Shown here: piece after piece, positions 26,850 to 38,671 of the stretch | Numbering within the stretch: position 1 is the first letter of the stretch | How the letters are laid out: every line of letters starts with the position of its first letter | Assembly (NCBI GenBank): GCA_951406725.2 | Contig: OX597827.1 | Location: 19,902,001-19,966,000 of the forward strand | Length of the DNA stretch: 64,000 bases | Origin: Octopus vulgaris | Taxonomy: Eukaryota | Direction of reading: 5' to 3' | The notes under the pieces: model-generated | Told to the model about the DNA's origin: nothing | What the model saw: the letters and a program-made list of their open reading frames with translations, nothing else | Databases searched by the model: none | Translations under genes and position numbers: made by a program

Positions 26850-28460
26850 TAATCTTGTATATATAAATTACAGTATGTGTGCGTATATTGACTAATGCAT
26901 ACATTTCCACAATTCTCAACCGATTTTCACCAAACTTTACACATACATTACTTATGTTCCAAGGATGGTCATGCACCATAACATTTTGCCCAGAGCTCCC
27001 ATCTAAATGAACAAACCGGAAAAACGGTGGTTTACACGTTTTTTTCTCTAATTCGTCGTATGTACGTAGTTTTTCTTTTTTATGTAGGATCTTCCATACT
27101 TTTTTAATCTATATGGTCGTATATTGGCATTAGAGAATATTTTAGTGGTTTTCACATTATTTATTTATTATTTATTTATATGTTGTAATTGTGTATTATT
27201 ACGTTCTATATTTTTATATGTGTATTGGTGTCTATTGAGTGTTTTGGTTAGAGAATATTATAAAGTGAAACGATTTGTCTATTTATTTCGACTGTTTTCC
27301 ATACTTTTTAAGTCCATATGGTCCTATATTTGCATTACAGAATATTTTTTAGTTGTTTTCACATTTTTATTAATTATTTATAAACTTAGATAAACTTAGA
27401 TATGTTTCAACCAAAGATTGGTCCAGGCCATGTCTAACTTAATAGCACCACCTGATAGGATTATTCGAATCCTGTTTAAGTCAAGTTTTGTTTAAGTCAA
27501 GCTTTGTTCAAGTAGTGAGTTCTTGTTGGGTGAGTTGTATCCAATTATGGGTGGCTTATCTGGTATTCTTTGAAGGAATCTATCCAGACTCCGTTTAAAG
27601 TTGATGGGATACTTTTCCTCTTTGACCTCCCTCGGGACAATGTTAAATAGGGCAGGGCCTGTTGAGGAAAAGAAATTATGTTGCAGTGTACATGTATGTT
27701 GTGATCTTGAATTGGGCAGGGGACGTATAGCCCGTGGTCCAAGTCTTGGATGAACCTTGAAGCTAATGTTTAGGTCGTTTGGGCAAAGTTGGCGGTATAT
27801 TTCCCACATCGTACAAATGATGTACCGCTCACGGCGACGCTGGAGGGAGTAAAGTTTCAAGGCTTTAAGGCGATCCCAATAATCGAGAGCAGCCATGCCT
27901 TCAATTTGTTTAGTGAGTGCCCTCTGGGGTGACTCAATTCTGGAGATGTTTTGTCTTGTGTGAGGAGACCACAGTGGGCAGCAGTATTCAAGGTGTGGCC
28001 GTACAAAAGAGGAAAAAAGTGGTATGATGACACCTTGTTCTCTGGACCGGAAAGTTCTTAAGATCCAGGAACTCATCCTACGAGCTATATCGACCTTCTT
28101 GTTGATGTGTGCACTCCAACTGAGATCGTCATCAACAATTACACCCAGGTCTCTGATATTGTTAGAGGCTGTGAGCGGTTCCCCTGAAGGAAGAGAGTAT
28201 GGTTGCTTTAGTGAGGAATTTCTTCCAAAATGCATCAGCTCAAATTTTCCCTCATTCAGTTGCATTTTGTTTCTGTCTGCTCATTGACTCACAGCATATA
28301 GATCAGACTGGAGTTGAGTTCGGTCTGCTTCTTATATGTTGAAATTGTGCATTATTATTTTCTATATTTTTTTTATATGTATTGGTGTGTATTATTCGAG
28401 TGTTTACGTTAGAGAATATTATAAAGGTGAAAGGATTTTGTCTATTTATTTCGACTGTCC
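26850..28460 (+). mobile_element. Probable non-autonomous Helitron-like element with an internal ~205-bp tandem duplication, split by a CR1
   Basis: tatatataaa...ccgattttcaccaaactttacac 5' segment; duplicated unit 27091-27295 and 27296-27380 + 28331-28458. No 3' hairpin or CTAG found. Confidence 0.45.
27381..28330 (-). mobile_element. 5'-truncated CR1-clade LINE with intact 257-aa C-terminal ORF (27492-28265)
   Basis: RDLGVIVDDDLSW, FVRPHLEYCCPLWSP, YWDRLKALKLYSLQRRRERY; 3' tail of tandem atctaagttt. Confidence 0.95.
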
Positions 28461-29194
28461 ACCTGCGACGGTGATTAAATTGGCTAGGAACACTGTACGG
28501 GATGAATATCCAATACCAAACAATTTTAATCTCCATATCTAAACTGCATTAAAATTTGGCAAGCTTACCTTTACCTATTCTGAGTTACTTGAAAGGTGAT
28601 GTTCCCTTCCCTCTCTTTGTTGATACCTTTGTTTACCTACCAATGCGTTGTTTCACTTTAAGGAAGCTTATTTACCCATCCATTACATTTTGACTGTTGC
28701 CCATTATTTCAAATACGTTTATAATTGTCGTTCTAGCTATTTTTAAACAATCACAAGAAATTTTGCTTTCATGTAAAACACTTATATTTTATAGTCATCC
28801 CAAAGTACTTCAGTAGCTCTACTTTGCATCGCTTGCAAACTTATATGTTCTATGTTCATTAAAGTGCAGCCACCTCCACAATAACCAGCCTACAATTTGG
28901 TTTTCCGTTCCTAGGTTAATCGGAAACATAGATTGCCGTGCTACTCATAAACCTCGGTAGTTCAATTATTTGGTGAAAAAATACCACCAAAGCAACTTAA
29001 ACCGTCCAAAGTCGGGTGCGTTTGCTAGTATTCATATAAAACAAATATTTCGATAATATATACGCATAAGCACACAACAAATGTACATACATACATATGT
29101 CTACATGCTCGTACGCATGTATACAATAATGTCTAGCCGTGAACATACATAATTCATACATACACATATATTTATTTACATATTCACTCAATCT

Positions 29195-29259
<65 letters not shown>

Positions 29260-29491
29260 AGCTTAGAGAAGAAGAAGAAACGAAACCAATCGAATCGAAT
29301 CGACGCGAAGGCGCTCAGTCATACAATAGTGTAATAAATAAAATATATGCATACATACAAACATATATGTACGTACCTACATCTACATGTATATATGCAT
29401 GCATGTATAACTATATATACGTGTGTACAGGACACCACAAATAGACGTAGAATTCAACGAGAAACGAAAACGTGAAAGCAGCAAGGAACAA

Positions 29492-29550
<59 letters not shown>

Positions 29551-29594
29551 CACGCACACACACATGTGCCGATATATTCAAGTAACCTACATAT

Positions 29595-29752
29595 ACATGC
29601 TCCGTCGCTGAATTACTCATTCTTGTTGGCTGAGTTGACTAGGATAAAGTGAATTGAAGTGTTTTCTCAAGAACAAAACTCATCCAGGAATTGAAACCAC
29701 AATCCTGCAATCATGAGTACAACACAGCAACCAAAAAGCCAAGCGCTTCCAC
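29595..29752 (-). mobile_element. Old tRNA-derived SINE (CORE-like), related to 58013-58350
   Basis: Minus strand gtggtttcaattcc...gttcttgagaaaacactt...cactttatcctagtcaactcagc. Confidence 0.55.
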
Positions 29753-29817
29753 ATACATACATACATATGTGTGTGTATGTATGTATGTATGTATGTATGT
29801 ATGTATGTATGTATGTA

Positions 29818-29853
<36 letters not shown>

Positions 29854-30694
29854 AATTATGTGGATATTCATATATATTTATATACTGTTTACTCATCTAC
29901 ATCTTCTTATCGACGTATATCCCTGTTGGAAATGCATCTACCTTATGTATTCACCGTTCATAGATAGGTAACGGCATGCAGTTCTATGGACAAAGACCTC
30001 ATACTCATATAATATTAATATACATAGCCACGCTAGAAACAGGTAAAAACAAACTAAGATCATTTGTAGTAATACAAATTTTTCAATCTTAACCGTCCCA
30101 ACATTCCCAGTTTAAAATTTCTTTACAGAAAGTTAATAACATTCCATGATTTAACCCCAGCCACACTTAAGCTGTGTGACCAATAGATTTATCTACATAT
30201 AATCTTTTGCAAAGCCTTAAACATCACAAAAATTAACCTGGTATACAAGTAGTGTTGTTACTTGAATATGACACACATTTCTGGACTTTTACTTCCACAC
30301 CACAGAACCCTGAACAATAGCAAAATTCTAATATCAAACAGAAATAAATCTCTTCACCATACCTTTCTATCCTACTAACACCCTAAAAACACATACTTTC
30401 CAATTCTCCTTTGTTTTTCTCCTTATTACACAATCATTTCCACTGTCTGTCTACACTACACCAAATTATCATCACGTTGCTCCATCTACCGAAGAAGATT
30501 TACCAAAGAATATCCAAAGCTAAAAAGAAAAACAAAACAAATGTAAATCAGTCTGAAGGCGAGCAAACCGAACACTTCGATGTCTCTGTCAGCATTTTTT
30601 GGTTAAAGTTAAACATAGTTAATCTACTAATAGTATTGAGTTTAATGCTAAATTGTTTTATATACAATTCGAGATAGAAACAAGTGTGTGTGTG

Positions 30695-30900
30695 TAGATA
30701 GATAGATAGATAGATAGATAAGTTTCTTTATTGGCCACACAGGGCTGCACACAGATGGGACAAATTACAAGGTAGAGCTTTTCTTTTGGGGGATGAAAAA
30801 AAAAAAAGAAACAAAAAAAATGGCGTAGGTTTTCGATCAAAAGGGATCGTGAAAGGGAAAAAATAAAGAAGAAAAAGAAAAAGAAAAAAGGAGAAAAAAG
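30695..30900 (-). mobile_element. 3' end of an L1/Tx1-type LINE with (TATC)n tail
   Basis: Minus strand tttgtcccatctgtgtgcagccctgtgtggccaataaagaaa is similar to the 3' end at 45955-46020 that follows a Tx1-like ORF. Confidence 0.65.
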
Positions 30901-30977
30901 AAAAAGAAAAAGGAAAAAAGAAGAAAAAAGAGGAAAATAGGGAAGAGGAAAACATAGATTGATTGATTGATTCTTTA

Positions 30978-31090
30978 TTCAAGACCACTATAATGGTTTC
31001 GACGCATTCTGCATCTGTACCTCACAGGTGGGATGCCATACAATCAATTGCCTTGCATCACAGGTACAGACCGCGTCTCCTCAGGCTGCT
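30978..31090 (-). ncRNA. Type I hammerhead-ribozyme-like motif with extended stem II (probably from a Penelope-like element)
   Basis: CUGAGGA-GACGC...GCGUC-GAAA-CCAUUAUAGUG-GUC; stem I weak. Confidence 0.7.
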
Positions 31091-31563
31091 TTTTAAACAA
31101 GTACCTTGCTCTGTCTTCTCTCCATTTAACCCAGCTCTATTAAGATATAAATTTTTTAGGAAGTCTGCTACATTCTGGCAGTTTTTATAGGACTATCCAT
31201 CAGTGAGGCACAGATGCAAGATGAGTTGAAACACTTGAAGTTGTTTTGAATAAAGAATATCGTGAATTCCAGTTTCTGTCTTTGATCTATTCGTGGAGTT
31301 TATATATATAGATCAGAAACAGAAAATATATAAACTCCATAGACACCAAGGAATTTCTGAAGTAAATCCAGTCGCATAAGCATCACTACTGATGTTGACA
31401 TTAGGTAGCCGGTAACTGTGGTTGGTAAGCAAGCTACTTACCACACAGCCACTCCTGCGCTTATAAAATATTATATATATATATATATATACCGGAGTAA
31501 ACACATAAATGTGAAACAAGGTGGAAAAAAGAGTACTCAAATACCAGTGGTAGAGTAATATAC

Positions 31564-31714
31564 TTTATTTAAAGTAGCAGAAAATTCAACAAAACCTGTT
31601 ACTCTGAGTTTCCCGTTGCCGTTCATCGAACAGTTTTTGCTAGCAAAAACTGTCCGATGAACGGCAACGGGAAACTCAGAGTAACATGTTTTGTTGAATG
31701 TTCTGCTGCTTTAA

Positions 31715-31719
<5 letters not shown>
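31564..31719. repeat. 156-bp spacerless palindrome; each arm carries a minimal hammerhead-like motif
   Basis: Centre gct|agc at 31641/31642; 4 mismatches in 78 bp. Confidence 0.92.
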
Positions 31720-31760
<41 letters not shown>

Positions 31761-31833
31761 AGATAAAATAGAAATTACAATTTGTCATGTGGAATAAACT
31801 TTACAGAAATGGATATACTTTTTGTATTTATTT

Positions 31834-31880
<47 letters not shown>

Positions 31881-32415
31881 GCGCGCTTGTGTATGTGTTA
31901 GCGAGCACGCATATTGGCACATGTGTTAGTGCGCGTATGTGGCTGCGTGAACTGCGATAAGAAAATAGTGGAAAAATTCGAAACGAAGGCGTCATTTTGT
32001 CAAACAACTTAATGGACGTTAGAAGAGATAATATCACGCCAATTTCCGGTTAATCACGAAAATAGAGTTAAGTTTATTCGATATTGAGTAAAGATTAGTA
32101 ACAGACGATCTCTTCTCGGTCGCTGGATAAATGTTATATTGAACAACTTTCACTACGGGAGATAAGCAACTGCTTTTATTGCTAGACATGATCACGTGCT
32201 CCCTCAGTTGGCCTACTGGTAGTGCGGCCAGATTTTATACAAAACTGGTGCAACCTGTTGTTAGGTTTATTCTCTCTAAGCTTACAGAAGGAAGAAGGTC
32301 GGAGCTCATCTTTTTTTTTTTTTAAGGCCCTATGTGAATGATATAGAGGTGAATTTAACAGGGATTTTGTATCAAGCAGGGGACATGACCTGAATGAATA
32401 CTGACAACATTCTAG

Positions 32416-32994
32416 GGCGGCGAGCTGACAGAAACGTTAGCACGCTGGGCGAAATGCTTAGCGGTATTTCGTCTGCCGCTACGTTCTGAGTTCAAATTCC
32501 GCCGAGGTCGACTTTGCCTTTCATCCTTACGGGGTCGATAAATTAAGTACCAGTTACGCACTGGGGTCGATGTAATCGACTTAATCCGTTTGTCTGTCCT
32601 TGTTTGTCCCCTCTGTGTTTAGCCCCTTGTGGGTAGTAAAGAAATAGGTATTTCGTCTGTCTCTACGTTCTGAGTTCAAATTCCGCCGTGGTCGACTTTG
32701 CCTTTCATCCTTTCGGGGTCGATAAATTAAGTACCAGTTACGCACTGGGGTCGATGTAATCGACTTAATCCGTTTGTCTGTCCTTGTTTGTCCCCTCTGT
32801 GTTTAGCCCCTTGTGTGTAGTAAAGAAATAGGTATTTCGTCTGTCTCTTATTCTGAGTTCAAATTCCGCCGAGGTCGATTTTGCCTTTCATCCTTTCGAG
32901 GTCGATAAATTAAGTACCCGTTGCGTACTGGGGTCTATCTAATCGACTGGCCCGCCTCCCTCAAAATTTCGGGCCTTGTGCCTAGAGTAGAAAA
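32416..32994 (+). mobile_element. SINE family A trimer (head + body/A1 + body/A1 + body/A2)
   Basis: One ~20-bp TSD gaatact(g/a)acaacattctag (32396-32415, 32995-33014) surrounds all three units. Confidence 0.95.
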
Positions 32995-33590
32995 GAATAC
33001 TAACAACATTCTAGAACATGCCTGTGTTGGGAAGACGTTCAAGTCTTCTATACATACATGCGCGCGTGTGTGTGTATACACACATATACCAACTTATTTA
33101 GAATATGGTGTATACAGAGAGTGACGGTGTAAGTTAATTGCCTGCGTGAACATTGTATTATTTCTTGTTTACCCAAAGATCATATATCGATCAGTTGAGA
33201 TAAGATCGAATCGATCGGTGCTGATCAAAATATGATCGTGTACCTTCGCTGTTTCAAGTTGGGTAAACTCGAAACAAAGATCACCCGTCTTTCCAAGCAA
33301 CGTGTATTTCTGTATAATTGACCAACTTTTCATTAATTTATTGTCTTGAATTCAAATCCTACTTTAGACATTGATCTTTTAGTGTCCTCACGACGTTTTG
33401 AGACTGTCAGATGTGTGTCTGTGTGTGTGTATAAATGTATACATGTCTGTGTGTATGTATGAATATTTAGGTATGTATATATTTGCGTATGTATATAGTA
33501 TGTATTTATATATATATGTGTGTGTATTTTCTTTTATCTTCTCGAAAGACTCCAACGTTTAATATCGTTCCTAACTTCGACAGTGTTTTA

Positions 33591-33896
33591 GGAGGCACAT
33601 GGCCTAGTGGTTAGAGCAGCAGACTCGCGGTCGAGGGATCGCGGGTTCGAATTTCAGACCGGGCGATGTGTGTGTTTATGAGCGAAACACCTAAGCTCAT
33701 TGCAGCTCCGGCAGAAGGTAATGGTGAAACTTCTGACTCTTTCGCCACTACTTTCCCTTACTCTTTCCTCCTGCATCTTGCAGCTCACCTGCGACAGACC
33801 GGCGTCCCGTCCAGGTGGGGAACCTATACGCCAAGAAACCGGGGAAACTGGCCCTTATGAGCCACACATGGCTCGAGAAGGAACAAACAACAACAA
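33591..33896 (+). mobile_element. tRNA-derived SINE family C with V-domain-like body and (CAA)n tail
   Basis: A box tggcctagtgg, B box ggttcgaattt, cctgcgacagaccggcgtcccgtccagg. Confidence 0.85.
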
Positions 33897-34562
33897 TCAA
33901 CAGTGTTTTAGCCTTAAGAGCTAATATTTGGCTTATATTTATATCTTTGTTGTCGTCAGGCAAGCTGAGGTGAGTGTGCAAGTCTGTTGACTAAGGTCTC
34001 AAAACTGCTTTGACTAATGACTAATGAAGGTATTATATGTTGTTTATATTTTGTCTTGGACATTTTACCTATTTGTCCGTCCTTCATCAGTTTATCTCTA
34101 TGTATATATACTCTTTTATTTGTTTCAGTCACCTGACTGTGGCTGTGGTGAAGCATCGCCTGGGAGAGTTTTTAGTCGAAATTTGTGTGTGTGTTTGTCA
34201 ATGCAGTCGTTGGTTATTCTCAGTTAGGAAGTTACCATTGGTTTCACATCTATTATTGCTCGTGAAACCAACGATAACTTTCTGACCGACTGTAACCAGC
34301 ATGACATATTATTGCTAAAAATAAAAATCTCTGACTGCGCTTTTTTTTTTTTTTTGGACTTATGAACGACTTGCCGATTATGTATATATTTTTAATAATA
34401 TATTATTATTATTAATATAAGGAAATCAATATCGAATTTTTCACAAAGATATACCCATATGAAAAACTTTATGTATTAAATATATATATATATATCTCAA
34501 AAATATAAATATGATGTATAAAATAAATTTGAAAGTTTAAAAGTTTTGAATTAAGTTTTTAA

Positions 34563-34656
34563 GCATCTTACGATCGTTTCGCAAAAGGGTTGTCCCTATA
34601 ATGAAGTCCTCTATTGATAAGCATTTATAGACAACCCTTCTGCTCTTCAGTGATAT
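34563..34656 (-). ncRNA. Type I hammerhead-ribozyme-like motif with intact core
   Basis: UAUCA-CUGAAGA-[14-bp stem II GCAGAAGGGUUGUC/GACAACCCUUUUGC]-GAAA-CGAUC-GUA-AGAUG; palindromic stem III ACGAUCGU. Confidence 0.8.
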
Positions 34657-35120
34657 AAAATATGAATATTGTATAATGTATCGAATGATATTGTTTTTTA
34701 AATTTGAATTAAAATTGTAAAATGGTGTTTGTAAAAAGATGTTTGTAAAATAGTGTTTGTTTGAAATGTAATATATATATATATATATCATGTTTGTTTC
34801 TGTATATATCTACATATTTATAGACACACAGAAGGACCGAGGCGGCACAAAACACGATGGTTTACTTCATTTTCGACACTCAGTTGTTATGGTATTTCTA
34901 AGCAAAAAACTTTTGTAGGAATTCTCTGTGAAAAGTGATTCACACTAACTTACAGCTGTTTCGAAATAAAGAAAGATAACATCTGGTATTGAAATTATGT
35001 TGTTTAGTGCAGCTCACCAACCTTAGTTCTGACCTATAGTTATAAATTTAAGTAAAATCTATTTCCATTCTCGTCAAGTCATTTGCTTGTCTCACATATT
35101 CTCGTATGTTCTCGTTTCAG

Positions 35121-35532
35121 TTCCAATCATTCCGAACTTCCTTTATTTAACGCAAAACAAGGAAATCCTTGTTAATGACACTCGACAAGTACTGGTCAAT
35201 GTAACCGAGCCAGCGGTCATCGAAACCATATGCTACAATGTGACCAAAAATAGAGATTTCAATGAAACGGAACGGGAAGGTCTCATGAAATATATCAAGA
35301 AACTCGCCAAAACCTATGTTCCGCCGACACCACAGAGCTACATGTGCGAGAATATTACGGTGGCTCCACAAGGCTACACAGAAAGTTATGTGACTGAATC
35401 TAACCTGGTGTATGTGCCACAAACTCGACACCAGTTTCTAAGACACGCGACAGTGGTTGTAGGATTGATGTTTGCTTCGAAAGCTGTCGTACAGTTAATC
35501 ACTAACCCATTTCTTGGACCAATCACCAACAG
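35121..35532 (+). CDS. VMAT: Internal exon of a vesicular monoamine transporter (SLC18A family): end of TM1, large luminal loop, TM2, start of TM3
   Basis: Acceptor tttcag| at 35120, donor AG|gtaag at 35533; 412 bp, phase 1 to phase 2. Translates (V)PIIPNFLY...VVVGLMFASKAVVQLITNPFLGPITNR, with the SLC18A motifs VPIIP, GLxFASKA and NPFxGPxTNR. The loop has N-glycosylation sequons NDT, NVT, NVT, NET, NIT. Confidence 0.95.
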
Positions 35533-35926
35533 GTAAGCAATCCCTTCATCTGACAACTCATTAATATTGATGTTTTGCTTCATTTCGTTTCTACTCCATA
35601 TAAACAGAATTTAAAATCTGAAAGCGCTCCAACCATGACAATATTAACATTTTTCTATATCACAAACTCCATTATCCAACACATCCTTCTTTCAAGACAT
35701 TACGGTGAGATTTGAGGGAGAATAGTCTGCTATTCCGAACAGTTTGGGTAACTCCTGATATGGCTCGTCTGATTGTAAGTTTGAAGAAAATGGCGTTCTT
35801 CACCATTTTCTTATCATTTATTGTTAGCGGAGAGACGGTGAGAGTCACGGAATAGAATCCCTGATGCATACGTTCCTACTCCGTTCCGATTGTCTCAGTT
35901 TTATTATTATTATTATTATTTATTAT

Positions 35927-36135
35927 GGCGGCGATCTGATTGAATCGTTTGCTCGCCGGACAAAATGCTTAGCGGTATTTCGTCTGTCTTTACGTTCTAA
36001 TTTCAAACGAAACCGGGTTCGACTTTGCCTTTCATCATTTCGGGGTCGACAAATTAAGTACCAGTGAAACTCTGGGGTCGATATAATCGACTAGTCCCCT
36101 CCCCCCAAATTCCAAGCCTTGTGCCTTTAGTAGGA
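35927..36135 (+). mobile_element. SINE family A (A2 tail) between (ATT)n and (ACT)n
   Basis: ggcggcga head, gactttgcctttcatc body, gccttgtgcct tail. Confidence 0.88.
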
Positions 36136-36179
36136 ATTACTACTACTACTACTACTACTACTACTATTATTATTATGTT

Positions 36180-37810
36180 TGGCTTTTGCTTTGTATTAGT
36201 ACACGTTGACTCTAAGTCTCACCCAGTGACCTCAAGAGACAAGTTAGAAGTTCAAGTTGGTGTTATGACTAAGGTACCATATATTTGGTTTTGCACATAG
36301 TATTGTTCTAAGGAATGTCTGTCAAACATAAGTAAATTAGAAATTTGTTTTAAAAGTAATTTGATAATAATATGATAATCTCATGTTATGATGACAGTAG
36401 ACTTTTCCTTTCCATCAGTACACATTCTTCTACTGCTGTTGAACCTCTTCCACCCTGGTCTCTTATCGAGTACAGCCGGGTGATATCCGCTTTCGGGTGG
36501 TGGGTTCCATACATCGTCAGCAACGTCCTAGTTTTTCTGTCAAGTTTCTTTCTATCGTTTTGGGTTCAGTCTATAATTCCAACTCCATATCTGATTAAGG
36601 GTTCTGCTCTTCAATTTATTACTTCAATGAAATTTTTAGAAATCAGCTTTGACTGCAAGAATTTTCTGACTCGCCTTGTGTACTCCCTACTGATAATTTG
36701 TTTCATTTCTTCATTTTTTATCTCGTCTGCTTCCAGTATTCCCAAGTATTTATACCACTGTTCTTTCTCAACTGCTCTCATTGTTTGTCCATTTGGCATT
36801 TCAGTTCCCTGGCTTCTTTCAAATCTTTCTCGTTGTTTCATTTTCAGTATAGCACACTTTTCTATCCCAAATTCCAAACCTACGTCATTTTTGAGAAACT
36901 GCGGATAGTATGATGTACAAGATTCTCAAAGTGTTTCTCATTTCTCACGTAAACTTTTATATCATCGATGAAAAGGAGACGATTTATCTGACCATTTCCT
37001 TTTCCCAAATCGTAAGCAATTTTAACTTTCCGTAGCATCACAGTGAGCGGTAGCATAGCCAATACGAAGAGTAATGGAGATAAGCTATCACCTCGGAATA
37101 TTCCACGTCTAATGTTCACTTTTCCGAGTTTTCGTTTTCCCTCGATCAATTCAGTATTCCAATGTTTCATATTTTCTTTAACCCTTTTCCCCATGTTTTT
37201 GTTACTCCAATCATACTCATTGTTTTACATATCCAACTGTGTGGCACCATGATATATGCATTTTTGTAATCTAGCCATGATACAATCAATTCCGTCAATC
37301 TGCATCTATGATTTCTAATTATCGTTTTATCAACTAATAAGTGATCTTTTGTTGCCCTACTTTCTTTCCTGAATCCTTTCTAATCTTCTGGAAGCATATT
37401 ACTTTCCAGATGGTTGTACAACTCTTCCGTCAAGACACCAGTCATAAATTTCTACATTAGTGATAAACAGGTCGAAAATTTGATGCCAAGTTCCCTTTCA
37501 AGGGATCCTTGAGGCATAGCAGCGTTCGTCCACTTGTCATCCAATCAGGGACATGATCTTGCTGCGGGTAGTCATCCAGTTGCGCAGCGATCCTTTCATG
37601 CAACTGTGTAGAGTTCTTCAGCCAATAGCCTTGCACTCCATCCAGACCTGGTCCTTTCCAATTTGTTATTTCTCTTAACTTCTGTCTCACTGTTTTATAG
37701 ATTCATTCTGACGTCCTTTTGTCTTGGTACAGTTTCAAGTTGTCTTTCCACCTTTGTTAGCCACTCCGCGCTTTCTTTATGTCTCGCCGGCCTGTTCCAC
37801 AGACTTCCTT
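36180..37810 (-). mobile_element. R4/Dong LINE remnant: RT domain joined directly to the 3' UTR
   Basis: WKGPGLDGVQGYWLK, SNFRP, RRGIFRGDSLSPLLF, LLFIDDIKVY, FGIEKCA, YKYLGILE; no zinc knuckle or RLE between the RT and the 3' end. Confidence 0.92.
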
Positions 37811-38268
37811 AATTTTGTTTTACTTTCTTCCGCATCAAGAATCAGTTCCTGGTGTTGTCCTCTCTATATTCCCTCAGACGGGGACTCGGTTACTGGAAGC
37901 TAAATGCAGAAAGGATCTCACAAAAATAGCAGCTCCTTTTACAGCCCCAAAATAATTTGAAAGATTAAAAAATAATAAATAGAAAAAAAAATAGTAGTTT
38001 TACAAGAATTTTTACAAAAATAAACATCCGCACCTTGATACACACAGAAGTCACAAAAGTACAAAGTTTTATGAGGAATTCGCTAAGGTGACCGACCAGA
38101 AAGGATCACCGGATATAGATCTACTTCAAGGGATAAACGACATTTTCCCTACTTTAGTGACGCTATGCATTCAGTAATTGTATGAGTATTTCCATATTTG
38201 TGGAAACACCCATAAATTTTGACAATATATTTTAAATTCTACTTTAGTTTATTATTTATAATTAACAT

Positions 38269-38671
38269 TCTTTACTCTTTTACTCTTTTACTTATTTCTG
38301 TCATTTTGACTGTGGCCATGCTGGAGCACCGCCTTTAGTCGACCAAATCGACCCTAGGACTTATTCTTTGTAAGCCTAGTACTTATTCTATCGGTCTCTT
38401 TTGCCGAACCGCTAAGTTTCGTAAACACACCAGCATCGGTTGTCAAGCGATGTTGGGGGGGACAAATACAGACACACAAACATACACACACACATATATA
38501 TGTATAAATATATATGACGGGCTTCTTTTAGTTTCCGTCTATCAAATCCACTCACAAGGCTTTGGTCGGCCCGAGGCTATAGTAGAAGACACTTGCCCAA
38601 GGTGCCACGCAGTGGGACTGAACCCGGAACCATGTGGTTGGTAAGCAAGCTACTTACCACACAGCCACTCC
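38269..38671 (-). mobile_element. Full-length SINE family B
   Basis: Colinear with 21960-22352; (tttactct)n tail. Confidence 0.95.

Noticed and set aside
33591-33665. tRNA genes here and at 58013-58085
   Set aside because: tRNA-like heads run directly into SINE bodies; acceptor stems do not pair properly.
34945-34965. Minus-strand GAAACAGCUGUA hammerhead half
   Set aside because: No CUGANGA box or stem II upstream; at most a fragment.
35121-35532. Assignment to the vesicular acetylcholine transporter
   Set aside because: TNRVGYSIPMFTGF and the intron positions fit VMAT; VAChT typically reads IDRIGY.
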